A stretch of 64,000 nt of DNA from Proteobacteria bacterium UBA2136 (GCA_002328405.1 DCXM01000006.1:18873-82872); one strand, 5' to 3'. Positions 28,939-38,970 are shown, numbered from the stretch's first letter. The notes: generated by a model from the letters alone, not told the origin. Translations and numbers: made by a program.

Positions 28939-30564
28939 TTACATATCGGTATAATTGGGGCCGCCGCCTCCTTCTGGGGTTTGCCAGTTGATGTTTTGGG
29001 TTGGGTCCTTAATGTCGCACGCTTTGCAATGCAGGCAATTTTGCGCATTGATTTGCAAAAACGGCAAACCATCTTCTGTTTTAAGAATTTCGTAAACGCC
29101 GGCCGGGCAATAATGGGTTTCGGGTGCGCCAAATTGATTCAAATTCACGTCAATGGCGGCGGCCTCATCCTTTAATTTTAAATGGGCTGGCTGATTTTCC
29201 TCATGATAGGTGTTGGAAAGGTAAACCGAGCTGGGTTTATCAAAGCTTATCTCACCATCAGGCTTGGGGTAAGCAATCGGCTTAAATTTACCAACAGGCT
29301 TAAGCTGTGCGTGATCGGCGTGATTTTTCAAGGTGCGTCTAGCTGGCCAAAGGTACATTTCCTTAAAGGCGTTTAAAGCACCCAAAATAAGGCCATGTTT
29401 AAAGCCGGGACGAATGTTACGAACCTGATAAAGCTCTTTATATGCCCAAGACGATTTAAAGTTCACCTCATAGGCCACCACTTCACCGCCCGTGCCGCCT
29501 GCGTTAAAGTGTTCAAACAACGCCTCCGCCGCAACCATGCCACTTTTCATCGCTGTGTGGTTGCCTTTAATTTTCGCCACGTTTAAAGTGCCCGCTGCGT
29601 CCCCCACCAAAACAGCGCCCGGCGCTGTCAGCTTCGGCATGGACTGCACACCCCCTTCCACCAAGGTTTTCGCACCATAAGCCAAGCGCTTGCCACCTTC
29701 AAGCAAAGGTAAAATGTCGGGGTGATGTTTAAAGCGCTGTAATTCATGGAAAGGTGATAACGTTGGGTTTTGATAATCCAAGCCCACCACAAAGCCAATA
29801 GCCACCTTGTTATTTGCCATGTGATAGACAAATGACCCGCCGTAAGTGTTGTTTTTTAAAGGCCAGCCCACCGTGTGCAACATTTGACCGGCGCTATAAT
29901 GCGGGCTTTCCACCTGCCAAATTTCCTTCACACCCAGTGCGTACGTTTGCGGTGACTTGTCCTTTTGAAGGTCAAACTGCGCAATCAATTGCTTGCTCAA
30001 TGACCCACGGCACCCTTCCGCAAACACGGTTTGATGGGCATGAATTTCCACCCCTTGGGTATAATTGTCACCTTTTTCACCATTTTTTTGAATGCCCATG
30101 TCACCGGTGGCCACACCTTTCACAGCACCATCTGCGTGGTATAAAATTTCACTTGCCGCAAAGCCTGCAAAAATTTCCACCCCCAAAGCTTCGGCCTGAG
30201 TGGCCAGCCAGCGCCCAAGCTCGGATAGGCTGACAATATAATTGCCGTCATTTTTCATCAATTTTGGCGTGGGTAGCTTTAGACCTTTTTGGTCGTTGTA
30301 GAGATATTGAAAATCGTCCGTTGTCACAGCGGTGTCAATGGGTGCGCCCATGCTTTGCCAATTGGGCAAAAGTTCGTCCAATGCTCGGGTTTCCAGCACA
30401 GCGCCTGAAAGCAAATGCGCGCCAACGGCAGCGCCTTTTTCCAACACGCAGACCGACAATGTTTTACCTTCCGCTTCCGCCAACTGTTTAAGGCGAATGG
30501 CACAAGCCAGACCTGCTGGCCCAGCGCCCACAATTAACACGTCATACTGCATAGACTCCCGCAT
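28939..30564 (-). CDS. Electron transfer flavoprotein-ubiquinone oxidoreductase
   Basis: DVLIVGAGPAGL FAD motif, AEGCRGSL, IKGNHTAMKSG, YCPAGVYE and NCLHCKACDIKDP 4Fe-4S motif. Confidence 0.97.
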   Translation of the reverse strand: MRESMQYDVLIVGAGPAGLACAIRLKQLAEAEGKTLSVCVLEKGAAVGAHLLSGAVLETRALDELLPNWQSMGAPIDTAVTTDDFQYLYNDQKGLKLPTPKLMKNDGNYIVSLSELGRWLATQAEALGVEIFAGFAASEILYHADGAVKGVATGDMGIQKNGEKGDNYTQGVEIHAHQTVFAEGCRGSLSKQLIAQFDLQKDKSPQTYALGVKEIWQVESPHYSAGQMLHTVGWPLKNNTYGGSFVYHMANNKVAIGFVVGLDYQNPTLSPFHELQRFKHHPDILPLLEGGKRLAYGAKTLVEGGVQSMPKLTAPGAVLVGDAAGTLNVAKIKGNHTAMKSGMVAAEALFEHFNAGGTGGEVVAYEVNFKSSWAYKELYQVRNIRPGFKHGLILGALNAFKEMYLWPARRTLKNHADHAQLKPVGKFKPIAYPKPDGEISFDKPSSVYLSNTYHEENQPAHLKLKDEAAAIDVNLNQFGAPETHYCPAGVYEILKTEDGLPFLQINAQNCLHCKACDIKDPTQNINWQTPEGGGGPNYTDM

Positions 30565-30568
30565 TTGG

Positions 30569-31516
30569 CTAACCCTCTTCTGCTAATTTTTCAATCAGTT
30601 CTGGCACAGCGTCAAACAGGTCGGCCACCAAACCGTATGTTGCCACCTCAAAAATGGGGGCGTTTTCGTCCTTATTGATGGCAACAATGACCTTTGAGTC
30701 CTTCATCCCTGCAATGTGCTGAATCGCACCCGATATCCCCACCGCCACATATAGCTCTGGTGCAACCACCTTGCCCGTTTGACCCACTTGGCAATCATTG
30801 CCAATCCAGCCTACGTCCACCGCCGCACGGGACGCACCAATGGCACCGCCGCCCAGTTTTGTGGCCAAGTCTTCCAGCATTTTAAAGTTTTCGGCCTTTT
30901 GCAGCCCTCGACCGCCAGACACCACAACCTTGGCTTGGCTCAGCTGTGGTTTATCCGCATTGGCTTGCTGGACAGAAACAAACGCCGAGTCTTCAAAACC
31001 CTCCGCCGCTGGAACGCTGCGGACTGGCGCAGGGGCGCTTCGGTTTAAAGCCACCTTTTCAAAAGCTGTCGGGCGTATGGTCAACAACTTTTGCGGTGAA
31101 CTGCACTGCACTGTCGCCACAGCGTTGCCAGCATAAATGGGCCTTTTAAAGGTGTCCTCGCTTTCAATCGCGGTAATATCACTGACCATTTGCACGTCCA
31201 ACAAGGCGGACAACCGAGGCATAAAGTTTTTACCAAAGGTGGTGGCTGGCGCTAAAATGTGACTGTAACCTTGGGCAATGCTTGCAATCAACAGGCTTAA
31301 ATTTTCGGGCAAAAAGTGTTGATAGAGTAGATTATCTACTGACAGGACAGTTTGAACAGCTTCGCATTTTGTCAGTTGTTCCACCACGTTTTTACAGTCA
31401 TACCCTGCGACCAACACCTCAACATCTCCGCTTAGCTGTGTCGCCGCCTTTAGGGTGGATAAAGTCACAGGGTTCAATTGCCCGTGGTCATGTTCTGCAA
31501 TCACAAGAATAGCCAT
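30569..31516 (-). CDS. etfA: Electron transfer flavoprotein alpha subunit
   Basis: VVSGGRGL, GASRAAVD, QVGQTGKVVAPELY, GISGAIQH, AINKD. Confidence 0.97.
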   Translation of the reverse strand: MAILVIAEHDHGQLNPVTLSTLKAATQLSGDVEVLVAGYDCKNVVEQLTKCEAVQTVLSVDNLLYQHFLPENLSLLIASIAQGYSHILAPATTFGKNFMPRLSALLDVQMVSDITAIESEDTFKRPIYAGNAVATVQCSSPQKLLTIRPTAFEKVALNRSAPAPVRSVPAAEGFEDSAFVSVQQANADKPQLSQAKVVVSGGRGLQKAENFKMLEDLATKLGGGAIGASRAAVDVGWIGNDCQVGQTGKVVAPELYVAVGISGAIQHIAGMKDSKVIVAINKDENAPIFEVATYGLVADLFDAVPELIEKLAEEG

Positions 31517-32259
31517 TATCCCACCACCTTTGCTTCATTTTTTAATTTGTCTAACAATTCATCAACCGAGTTTAGCAACACACCCTTCTGGCGCTTGGCA
31601 GGTTCGGTCACATTTAAGATTTTATAAGAACTGGGGGCGAGATCCGGCAGGGTTTGAACTTCCAGCGGTTTTTGCTTGGTCTTCATCAAGTTGGGCAAAG
31701 TTACATGACGGGGTTGGTTTAAGCGCAGGTCGGCGCTGACCACCGCTGGCAATTTTAATTGAAGGGTTTCTTCACCGCTGTCCACCTCGCGGTTGACAAC
31801 AAGCTCTTGCCCTTTGAGCTCAAGGCGTGAAGCAAACATCCCTTGCGGCCAACCCAAAAGCCCTGCCAACATTTGCGCTGTTTGATTGTTGTCCCCATCG
31901 ATCGACTGTTTGCCCATCAACACCAAGTCCGGCTTTTCACTTTCCACCAAGGTGTGAAGTACCTTGGCCAGTTGCAAAGGTTGCATTTGCGCTGTGGTTT
32001 TTAAATGCACCGCACGGTCTGCGCCTAATGCCAACGCTTTGCGCAACGTTTCTTGCACCGCATCTTCCCCGATAGAGCAAATCACCACTTCGCTGGCATC
32101 GCCTTTTTCCTTAAGTTGAACAGCCTCTTCCACCGCAATTTCACAAAAAGGGTTAATGTTGTGCTTTAGACCACGTGTGTCCACCCCAGAACCATCTGCC
32201 ATCAGGCGAATTTGAACATAAGCATCCACCACATGTTTTACCGCCACCAAAACCTTCAT
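31516..32259 (-). CDS. etfB: Electron transfer flavoprotein beta subunit
   Basis: MKVLVAVKHVVD, NPFCEIAVEEA, ALALGAD, GKQSIDGDNNQT, DLRLNQPR. Confidence 0.97.
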   Translation of the reverse strand: MKVLVAVKHVVDAYVQIRLMADGSGVDTRGLKHNINPFCEIAVEEAVQLKEKGDASEVVICSIGEDAVQETLRKALALGADRAVHLKTTAQMQPLQLAKVLHTLVESEKPDLVLMGKQSIDGDNNQTAQMLAGLLGWPQGMFASRLELKGQELVVNREVDSGEETLQLKLPAVVSADLRLNQPRHVTLPNLMKTKQKPLEVQTLPDLAPSSYKILNVTEPAKRQKGVLLNSVDELLDKLKNEAKVVG

Positions 32260-32378
32260 AAAGCACACACCTTACTTGTTATTTTTAAATAAATTATATT
32301 TCATCGCCGAATAAAGTGCAAATCATTCAAAGAGTTCATATAATAAAGGGAGTGTAACAAATAAAAGGGTTGCTATTT

Positions 32379-32762
32379 ATGCATCAAGTTTTGTCATTCC
32401 TATTGCCGCATGTTTTCTTTTTATTTGTGCTGTTCACCATTCCATCCCAATATGCGCTTTACATTTTGGTTGCTTTTTATGTGGTGGGGATATTTCTCAA
32501 TGTGAAAAAGGATAAACAACATCAACAAGCGCTGAGTGAAAGCAAAAAACAAAGCACCGGTGACTGGTGGGAGGTTTTAGGCACTTCGCCGACAGCCTCG
32601 GTCAGTGAATGTGCAAGAGTGCGCAAACTATTAACCAAAATTTACCACCCAGACGGGGGCCAAGCACCCAATGCAAGCCACATGCAACGCATCAACCATG
32701 CTTATGAAGAACGTTCAAAACTGGCAGAAAAAATTGGTCAATTTGCGACCGTACAACATTAA
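32379..32762 (+). CDS. Membrane-anchored J-domain (DnaJ-like) protein
   Basis: Two N-terminal TM helices, WWEVLG...KIYHPDGG...MQRINHAYEE. Confidence 0.85.
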   Translation: MHQVLSFLLPHVFFLFVLFTIPSQYALYILVAFYVVGIFLNVKKDKQHQQALSESKKQSTGDWWEVLGTSPTASVSECARVRKLLTKIYHPDGGQAPNASHMQRINHAYEERSKLAEKIGQFATVQH

Positions 32763-32775
32763 AGATGTTAAACCC

Positions 32776-33504
32776 TTAATCGTCTGGCATATCGACAATA
32801 AAAAGCTCCACCCCTTCCAAGGCTTCAAACTGCAATTTGGGGGACTGAGCATCCAAGCCCAAAGCGTCGCCAGCGTTCAATTGCACCAAATCCTCTTCCC
32901 AGAAGCTTTGCTCCAGCTCCACCGAGCCACGAATCACCTCCACCCATAATTTCCGACCCTTTTTAAGGGGATAACGCACCTCTTCCCCTAGATTTGCATG
33001 CAACAAAAACATCCGCACATCGGACTGTGGCAATTGCAAATAAGCTGTCTTATTCAAACCAGGGAACAGGATAGACTTCAAACCTTCGTGCGGTGGTACC
33101 GCAATGTGCCCAACACTGTTTTGAGTTTTAGCAGGCACGTCAAAATAAAAGGTATACAGCTTTAAGGAGCTGTGCTGGCCACCGTTTTTAATTTGGTAAT
33201 TCATTCCAATTTTGGTTGCTGAAAGAAGCACTGCATCGCCTGCCTCATAAGACTTTTCATCACCTTGATCTACAGTTAAACAAAGGTCACCCTCTTCGAC
33301 AAAAATCAGCATACTGCGAGCGGACAACTTCTGCACAGAGCTGACAGCACCACCACTGTATACATCCAAATTCACCGCATGCAATGCGCCATACCCACTG
33401 TGATCTTCATCAAAGTAACTGTAAAAGGAAAAGGTGTGCACCGAGCGCAACTGCCCATTTTTGGATTGACTTTGACCTTTTTGACTTTTTTGCCTTAAAT
33501 ACAT
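32776..33504 (-). CDS. Pirin/YhhW-YhaK family bicupin (degenerate metal site)
   Basis: SVHTFSFYSYFD...GYGALHAVNLD, QSDVRMF, RKLWVEVIRG, LNAGDAL match the pirin scaffold; HxH motif absent. Confidence 0.75.
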   Translation of the reverse strand: MYLRQKSQKGQSQSKNGQLRSVHTFSFYSYFDEDHSGYGALHAVNLDVYSGGAVSSVQKLSARSMLIFVEEGDLCLTVDQGDEKSYEAGDAVLLSATKIGMNYQIKNGGQHSSLKLYTFYFDVPAKTQNSVGHIAVPPHEGLKSILFPGLNKTAYLQLPQSDVRMFLLHANLGEEVRYPLKKGRKLWVEVIRGSVELEQSFWEEDLVQLNAGDALGLDAQSPKLQFEALEGVELFIVDMPDD

Positions 33505-33522
33505 GTTTTTTATTTTAAAATA

Positions 33523-33942
33523 TCACAAAAAACGGGGTAAAAAAAGCACCAAAAACCCAGCCACAACTGCAAACAACAAGGAATAGAGCAAAACCTTCAG
33601 CAATATCAATTGGGTTTCTTTGTAATCATTCACCTCGGCCAGCTTTTCCCCCACCACAGGCAATTTGTGAAAAATAAAGTTGGCCGTTAAAAAACCGAAA
33701 GAAACGGCAGGCAACATCGAAAACAGCAATTCAAACATCAATTGAAAGTTACCACCATAAAAGGCAAACAGTTGCAATTTGTGTAACACCACAAAAATGA
33801 AAAAGGCATAAACAACCTGCAAAAAGAACCCTGCAAAAATGACCATGCGCACCAAGGTTTGCCCCAACGCATTGGGTTGTGCACCATCTGGCGTAGGTTT
33901 TTGAGGAGTATCACCTTCTGCTTGTTCAGGCTTTGTATTCAC
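33523..33942 (-). CDS. Hypothetical membrane protein (about 3 TM)
   Basis: Hydrophobic segments; GTG start at 33942 overlaps the upstream TGA (GTGA coupling). Confidence 0.7.
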   Translation of the reverse strand: MNTKPEQAEGDTPQKPTPDGAQPNALGQTLVRMVIFAGFFLQVVYAFFIFVVLHKLQLFAFYGGNFQLMFELLFSMLPAVSFGFLTANFIFHKLPVVGEKLAEVNDYKETQLILLKVLLYSLLFAVVAGFLVLFLPRFL

Positions 33943-34928
33943 GAAACTGCCAGCAGTTTGTTTTCTGGCATGTGTAGGTCTAAAAACTGTTTCAGCTTGG
34001 ACGCACAAGGGTTTTGCAACGCCTCTTCCATATACGGCCACAAAACAGCAATTTTAGGTAAAAACTCGGCGCGACCGTCCCTGTAATAGGACCGTGCAAA
34101 ACGACCAAGCACACCCAAATTCCGCAGCAGGCCCGCCATTTCAAAACTGTCCCTAAAGGCTTGAATGTCTTCTAAACCAGCACATTTAACAAAATAGTTA
34201 AATAAGAAATCTCGTTGTGTTTTAGCAAATGGGAACCGTGCATCATAAAGCAAGCTTGCCAAGTCATAGCTCAGCGGCCCGTGTTTAGCATCTTGAAAGT
34301 CCAGCACGGCCACTTGGCCATCATGCGGCATCAGGTTGGGGCTGTGATAATCCCACAAAATTGTGCCCCACTTCACACCGGCCACCACTTCATAAATTTC
34401 CTTCAAAATGCTGTGTAAATGTTCCTTCTGGACATCGGTAGACTCCACCCCCGTCACCGCAGGGAGGTAATCTTCCAAGAAAAAGTCACCCCGAATGGTT
34501 GCTAATTGGGTGTTATAATGCTCCACACCTTCCAGCGGCTGGGCTTTATAAAGCGCAACCAAATGGTCGACCGCCTTTTCATATTCAGTAAGCGAAATGG
34601 GGTTTTGCGCGTAAATATCGTAAAAAGTGTCCTCACCCAAGTCCTCCAGCAGAATTTTACCTAGACTTTCATCCACCTGCAACACCTGTGGTACAGGAAT
34701 ATTTAAACCTTGCAAATATTTATGAACTTTTAAAAAAGGACGTATAACGCCAGACACTGCGGTTTGGCCGTCTTCTAACTGTTGCCCCACCGGCACGTTC
34801 ATCACCACATAAGAAGATTTTTCAGTGTGTACACGGTCATATGTCCGAAAGGACATGCCAGATTGCATTGGCTCCAACCGATATTCACCTGATAAAAACT
34901 GGGTTAAAAAACGATCGTTTAACTCCAT
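33939..34928 (-). CDS. Aminoglycoside phosphotransferase family kinase, AmgK-like
   Basis: MSFRTYDRV, LLEDLGED, DYHSPNLM, VLDFQDAKHGPLSYDLASLLYD, LGRFAR; start at MELNDR. Confidence 0.85.
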   Translation of the reverse strand: MELNDRFLTQFLSGEYRLEPMQSGMSFRTYDRVHTEKSSYVVMNVPVGQQLEDGQTAVSGVIRPFLKVHKYLQGLNIPVPQVLQVDESLGKILLEDLGEDTFYDIYAQNPISLTEYEKAVDHLVALYKAQPLEGVEHYNTQLATIRGDFFLEDYLPAVTGVESTDVQKEHLHSILKEIYEVVAGVKWGTILWDYHSPNLMPHDGQVAVLDFQDAKHGPLSYDLASLLYDARFPFAKTQRDFLFNYFVKCAGLEDIQAFRDSFEMAGLLRNLGVLGRFARSYYRDGRAEFLPKIAVLWPYMEEALQNPCASKLKQFLDLHMPENKLLAVS

Positions 34929-35012
34929 AAAAACCCCACATATTGCGTTATTTACAGCACACATCTTACCACAAGACACCCCAAAAAGTATAGGAAACAA
35001 TTGTACTGAGGC

Positions 35013-35909
35013 ATGCGCTCCTTTATGGTTATGATTATGGAGATTACAAAGCACACATTCAAGGGCACAAAAACAGGGCCACACCTGCTGGTTTTTGGCG
35101 CCATTCACGGCAATGAAATTTGCGGCACGCTGGCCATTCAAAAGGTTATGGAAGACCTGCGACAAAACCAGCTTACCTTAAAGGCCGGACAAGTCACTTT
35201 TGTGCCATGCTGCAACCCACTTTCTTATGCGAATAACGTAAGGTTTACAGACGAAGACCTAAACCGTATTATCAAAAAACACCCCCAAGCAAAAAGCTAT
35301 GAAAGTCAAGCCGCCAACTGCCTAACCCGTTACATTGACGACTGCGACATTTTGCTAGACCTGCACTCCATGGGCTCCCCTTGTGAACCTTGTATTTTTA
35401 TTGACCACCCCCACCCCACACTGACAGCCATTGCCAAAGCCATTAACCCGCCAGATATTTTACTGGAATGGGAAAAGGTATACCCTGACAGCGAACATTG
35501 CCAATCCACCGAAACTTATGCGCACAGCCAAGGAAAAATGGGGTTAACTGTCGAGTGTGGACAACATACCGACCCACAAGCCACACACTTTGCATACAAT
35601 GCAATCATCCAAACAATGCGCACTTTAGAAATGCTGCAAGGCGCGCCACAACCGAGCAATGCCCCACAAAACTTTTACCGCTTTACCCACCTATTCTTCC
35701 GTCAAGAAGGCGCCGAATTTGCACAAAAATGGCGCAACCTGCAATTTGTTGAAAAAGGCACTTTAATTGGCCACGATGACCAACAGCAGTACACAGCGCC
35801 AAGCGACTGTTTTATCACCATGCCTGTGCACCAAGGCAAAGTTGGCAAGGAATGGTTCTATCTCACTGAAAAGGTGACAGAAACGGACGCCGCATTCCCA
35901 CAATCATAA
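35013..35909 (+). CDS. Succinylglutamate desuccinylase/aspartoacylase family (M14-like) zinc hydrolase
   Basis: GAIHGNEICG, DLNR, LLDLHS, TVECGQH; start uncertain (35013/35031/35037). Confidence 0.88.
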   Translation: MRSFMVMIMEITKHTFKGTKTGPHLLVFGAIHGNEICGTLAIQKVMEDLRQNQLTLKAGQVTFVPCCNPLSYANNVRFTDEDLNRIIKKHPQAKSYESQAANCLTRYIDDCDILLDLHSMGSPCEPCIFIDHPHPTLTAIAKAINPPDILLEWEKVYPDSEHCQSTETYAHSQGKMGLTVECGQHTDPQATHFAYNAIIQTMRTLEMLQGAPQPSNAPQNFYRFTHLFFRQEGAEFAQKWRNLQFVEKGTLIGHDDQQQYTAPSDCFITMPVHQGKVGKEWFYLTEKVTETDAAFPQS

Positions 35910-35986
35910 AAAAAATGAGCTTTTGAGCAAAAAACAACTTGATTCCCCACGGCGGAAGGTGTATAAACCACTCGTTCCACAGTTGT

Positions 35987-36062
35987 GGGTCCGTAGCTCA
36001 GATGGGAGAGCGCCTGCTTTGCACGCAGGAGGTCAGCGGTTCGATCCCGCTCGGATCCACCA
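35987..36062 (+). tRNA. tRNA-Ala (anticodon TGC)
   Basis: GGGTCCG/CGGATCC acceptor stem with G3:U70, anticodon arm CCTGC-ttTGCac-GCAGG, GGTTCGATCC T-loop, encoded CCA. Confidence 0.98.
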
Positions 36063-36076
36063 TTTATTTTAAAATC

Positions 36077-36098
36077 ACACCCCACAGGGTGTTTTTTT
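36077..36098 (+). terminator. Terminator after tRNA-Ala
   Basis: ACACCC-caca-GGGTGT-TTTTTT. Confidence 0.75.
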
Positions 36099-36172
36099 AT
36101 GCCTACACCCCAAAAAGCCCGCCGTTCTGCGCCGTTTCGCCACCCACTTACAGCGTAAAACTCTACTCACAA

Positions 36173-36209
36173 GAATAAAAAGCCTCACATTTATGTGAGG
36201 CTTTTATTC
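36173..36209. terminator. Intrinsic terminator
   Basis: AAAAGCCTCACAT-tt-ATGTGAGGCTTTT. Confidence 0.85.
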
Positions 36210-36213
36210 GTGA

Positions 36214-36693
36214 TTAAAGGTTTGGTATAATTTCTTGAGCAGCTTCTTCTGCTGTTTTATGGGTCGTATCTACATGAATATCATAAGAGCAATCTTTTAA
36301 GATTTCACTCTTTTGAGACTCTGCGAGACCTATTTTACGATCACCGCGATTTTTTTCACGTTCTTTCAATGTATCTAAATCAGCATGAACATAGACATAA
36401 AAAGCATCTAGCCCTTTCAGTTGCTCCTGAACAAAAAGCAAACCTTTAGGCATAACAACTGTATCCAGAATTACATTCATACCATGTTTATTTAGTGACC
36501 ATAATGTGTCCATAACAACATGCTTTATATTGGCAAAATTGTTTGAATTTGCTTCAATATGCTTTGGAACCATATCCCAAAACATATCAAGCTGTAAGTG
36601 TAAATATGGCTCTTCGAAACTTTCCTGAAGAGCTTTTACAATGCTGGACTTACCAGAACTTGAAGTCCCATTTAAAACGATAATATGAGCCAT
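36214..36693 (-). CDS. Chloramphenicol phosphotransferase-like P-loop kinase
   Basis: IIVLNGTSSSGKSS, NVILDTV, EREKNRGDRKIGLA, YDIHVDT; AT-rich gene. Confidence 0.85.
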   Translation of the reverse strand: MAHIIVLNGTSSSGKSSIVKALQESFEEPYLHLQLDMFWDMVPKHIEANSNNFANIKHVVMDTLWSLNKHGMNVILDTVVMPKGLLFVQEQLKGLDAFYVYVHADLDTLKEREKNRGDRKIGLAESQKSEILKDCSYDIHVDTTHKTAEEAAQEIIPNL

Positions 36694-36914
36694 AATAAAC
36701 CTCATAAGATTTTATAAGATTACCTACATTACATTAAAAGGTCATACTTTACAAATAGTAAACTTTTAGAGCCAATCCAATTTGAACGCTTCGTGCGCAT
36801 CAACTTACTCGCGTTTAGATGCACCGGGCTTTGCCCTTTAAATATCATGGTAATTATTTCAGGAGCGAGGAGTCTTACCTTTAGCCTTCACCTTTTATCA
36901 GTTAAACATCCCCT

Positions 36915-38621
36915 TTAACGATCCATGTCTCTATTCATCTCAACCTCAGAACTTGCTGTCAACTCTGGGTGTTTTTCCATATGCCCTGAATATACCTCTT
37001 CTAGCGCTTTCATTTTAACCGAAATTTCAAAAATGCCCGACCTCACGGTTTGGTAGTCTTCATGGTCACGATCCAGCGACCTTGAGAACTCAATACGTTG
37101 TTCTTTCTCTGCGGCTAAATTACGGTATTCTCTATTATAAAAATGACCAACTTGAGCAGGGTCTTCATCACGCTCCACTGCTTCACGGCCTAAATAATCT
37201 AAATAGCCCTCTCGCACTTCGTCACGGAACTCACCACGGCTTAATTCTGGGTCAACCTGGCGCTCCACAACAATGGCATCGTAGCCTTCATTGAATCGCG
37301 TAACATATGCTTCAATTTCCGGTGGAATTTCCATGCTTTGAAGTTGCGCGTGCTTTTCTTTAAAGGTCATTCCTTCCATTTTTTGATTAAGCTCAGCTAG
37401 AAGCTCTTGCTGATAATTGACACTTTCGGGTGTCATACCTTGCATGGATAATTCAACTTGGTTGAGTGTCCATTCATGACGTTCATCAAATGTCATGTTT
37501 TGCAACGAACCGTCTTGCATCATTTCATCAATCTGGGGCAATGTTTGATCTAAAAGGTCACCCATATCATGGTCCAAACTGTGACGAACTGGCGCTAGCG
37601 CATGAAGCTTTGAACGGTTATTTAAAAATGCACCACTTTCAAGGTCGTCAAAATCACGCGCCATTTCCAGCACAGACTTTAATTGACCATAGCGTTCTAA
37701 ACGAATGGAGGACAGAAGCTCACTGTTTTCGCCCATATTTTCATATTTGCTTAAATTTTCTGCTTCCAGCAACATGTCCTGACAATGCGCAATTTCTTCA
37801 TTAATGACCAGTTTTTCATAATTTTGACTCACAACTTCTGGCACATGGAAGGAAATAGTTCCATCTGAACCATAGTTAGATTCTAAAGTCTGCTCTATCG
37901 TCGAACTTTCAAGCAAGGGTGCAATGGTGCATGAATTCAATTTGCCATCAAACGTCGCACTGGCTGCAGATGCCGGATAATAACTTGCTGGATATTGCCG
38001 GTATTGCAAGTCAAATGCTATATCTCCAGCTTTATCCATAACTTGGTCACCAATCATAGACCAATCCTCACGGTTTAAACCTCGAGCCTGCAAATCTTCA
38101 CGGATTAAACCATCGTCATATTTTACGGTGTTGTGATAAGCTTCACGGGTGCTTATGTCTAACTTATCTGGAAATGTATGAACCTCTTGATATTTGGCAT
38201 CATCAATAATGAAAATAGAATGCGCAACAGCCGAATTCTCCAACAGCTTTTTCTGTGCATAATCAACGGTCGTTAAATTTTGTTTTTGATCCAAGCCAAC
38301 CTGCTTAGCCGCAAAAAGTGTATATTCACCAGATGACTGTTCAACGGCATGACCTCCCATCACATCCTGAACTGTTTGGCTCTGCCCTTGAATAACAGCA
38401 TGCGAGGTAGAATCGCCTGCGCTTATTGACTGGGATTGATTTGTTATACCTGCTAGAGCTTGAGAGCTTGTGCTCACCAGCACCACGCCCATAACCCCAC
38501 GCATGGTGTGTGAAGAAGCAAGAGTTTCCATCAAACCTTTTTCACCCATAGAATAAACACATTTTTCAGACGCAAGAATACGCTCTGCATCCTTCATGGC
38601 TTGATTATTTGACAAACTCAA
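36915..38621 (-). CDS. Hypothetical protein, 568 aa
   Basis: Long ORF, TTG start after a purine-rich RBS; signal-peptide-like segment MRGVMGVVLVSTSSQALA; EEIAHC motif. Confidence 0.8.
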   Translation of the reverse strand: MSLSNNQAMKDAERILASEKCVYSMGEKGLMETLASSHTMRGVMGVVLVSTSSQALAGITNQSQSISAGDSTSHAVIQGQSQTVQDVMGGHAVEQSSGEYTLFAAKQVGLDQKQNLTTVDYAQKKLLENSAVAHSIFIIDDAKYQEVHTFPDKLDISTREAYHNTVKYDDGLIREDLQARGLNREDWSMIGDQVMDKAGDIAFDLQYRQYPASYYPASAASATFDGKLNSCTIAPLLESSTIEQTLESNYGSDGTISFHVPEVVSQNYEKLVINEEIAHCQDMLLEAENLSKYENMGENSELLSSIRLERYGQLKSVLEMARDFDDLESGAFLNNRSKLHALAPVRHSLDHDMGDLLDQTLPQIDEMMQDGSLQNMTFDERHEWTLNQVELSMQGMTPESVNYQQELLAELNQKMEGMTFKEKHAQLQSMEIPPEIEAYVTRFNEGYDAIVVERQVDPELSRGEFRDEVREGYLDYLGREAVERDEDPAQVGHFYNREYRNLAAEKEQRIEFSRSLDRDHEDYQTVRSGIFEISVKMKALEEVYSGHMEKHPELTASSEVEMNRDMDR

Positions 38622-38725
38622 CTTCCCCCTTATACTTTACACATATACATATAGGGAAAAAGATTAGCCACTTGCCTCAAAAAAATGACATATTCGAACT
38701 TGTAGAAACCAGCACAGGGGAGCTG

Positions 38726-38953
38726 ATGCTTTCCATTGCAGATCAAAAGTTAAAAACCGAAGCCCAAAAAGCTGAGATTTGCATAGAAAGTCAAACACTT
38801 AAGCTAAAAAACCAAGAGAACGACATTCCTCTTTCGCCATTCCCAATAGCACTTCTACAAAAAATTGCCCAAAAGCCAACCCTTTTAGTGTCAGAATTTT
38901 CAGACACTGGACTGAAAAAATCCTATTACGTACAAATTGAAATAGCTGGTTAA
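38726..38953 (+). CDS. Small hypothetical protein (75 aa)
   Basis: ATG after GGGGAG RBS; followed by a terminator. Confidence 0.6.
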   Translation: MLSIADQKLKTEAQKAEICIESQTLKLKNQENDIPLSPFPIALLQKIAQKPTLLVSEFSDTGLKKSYYVQIEIAG

Positions 38954-38970
38954 TTTCCATCAACCTCACA

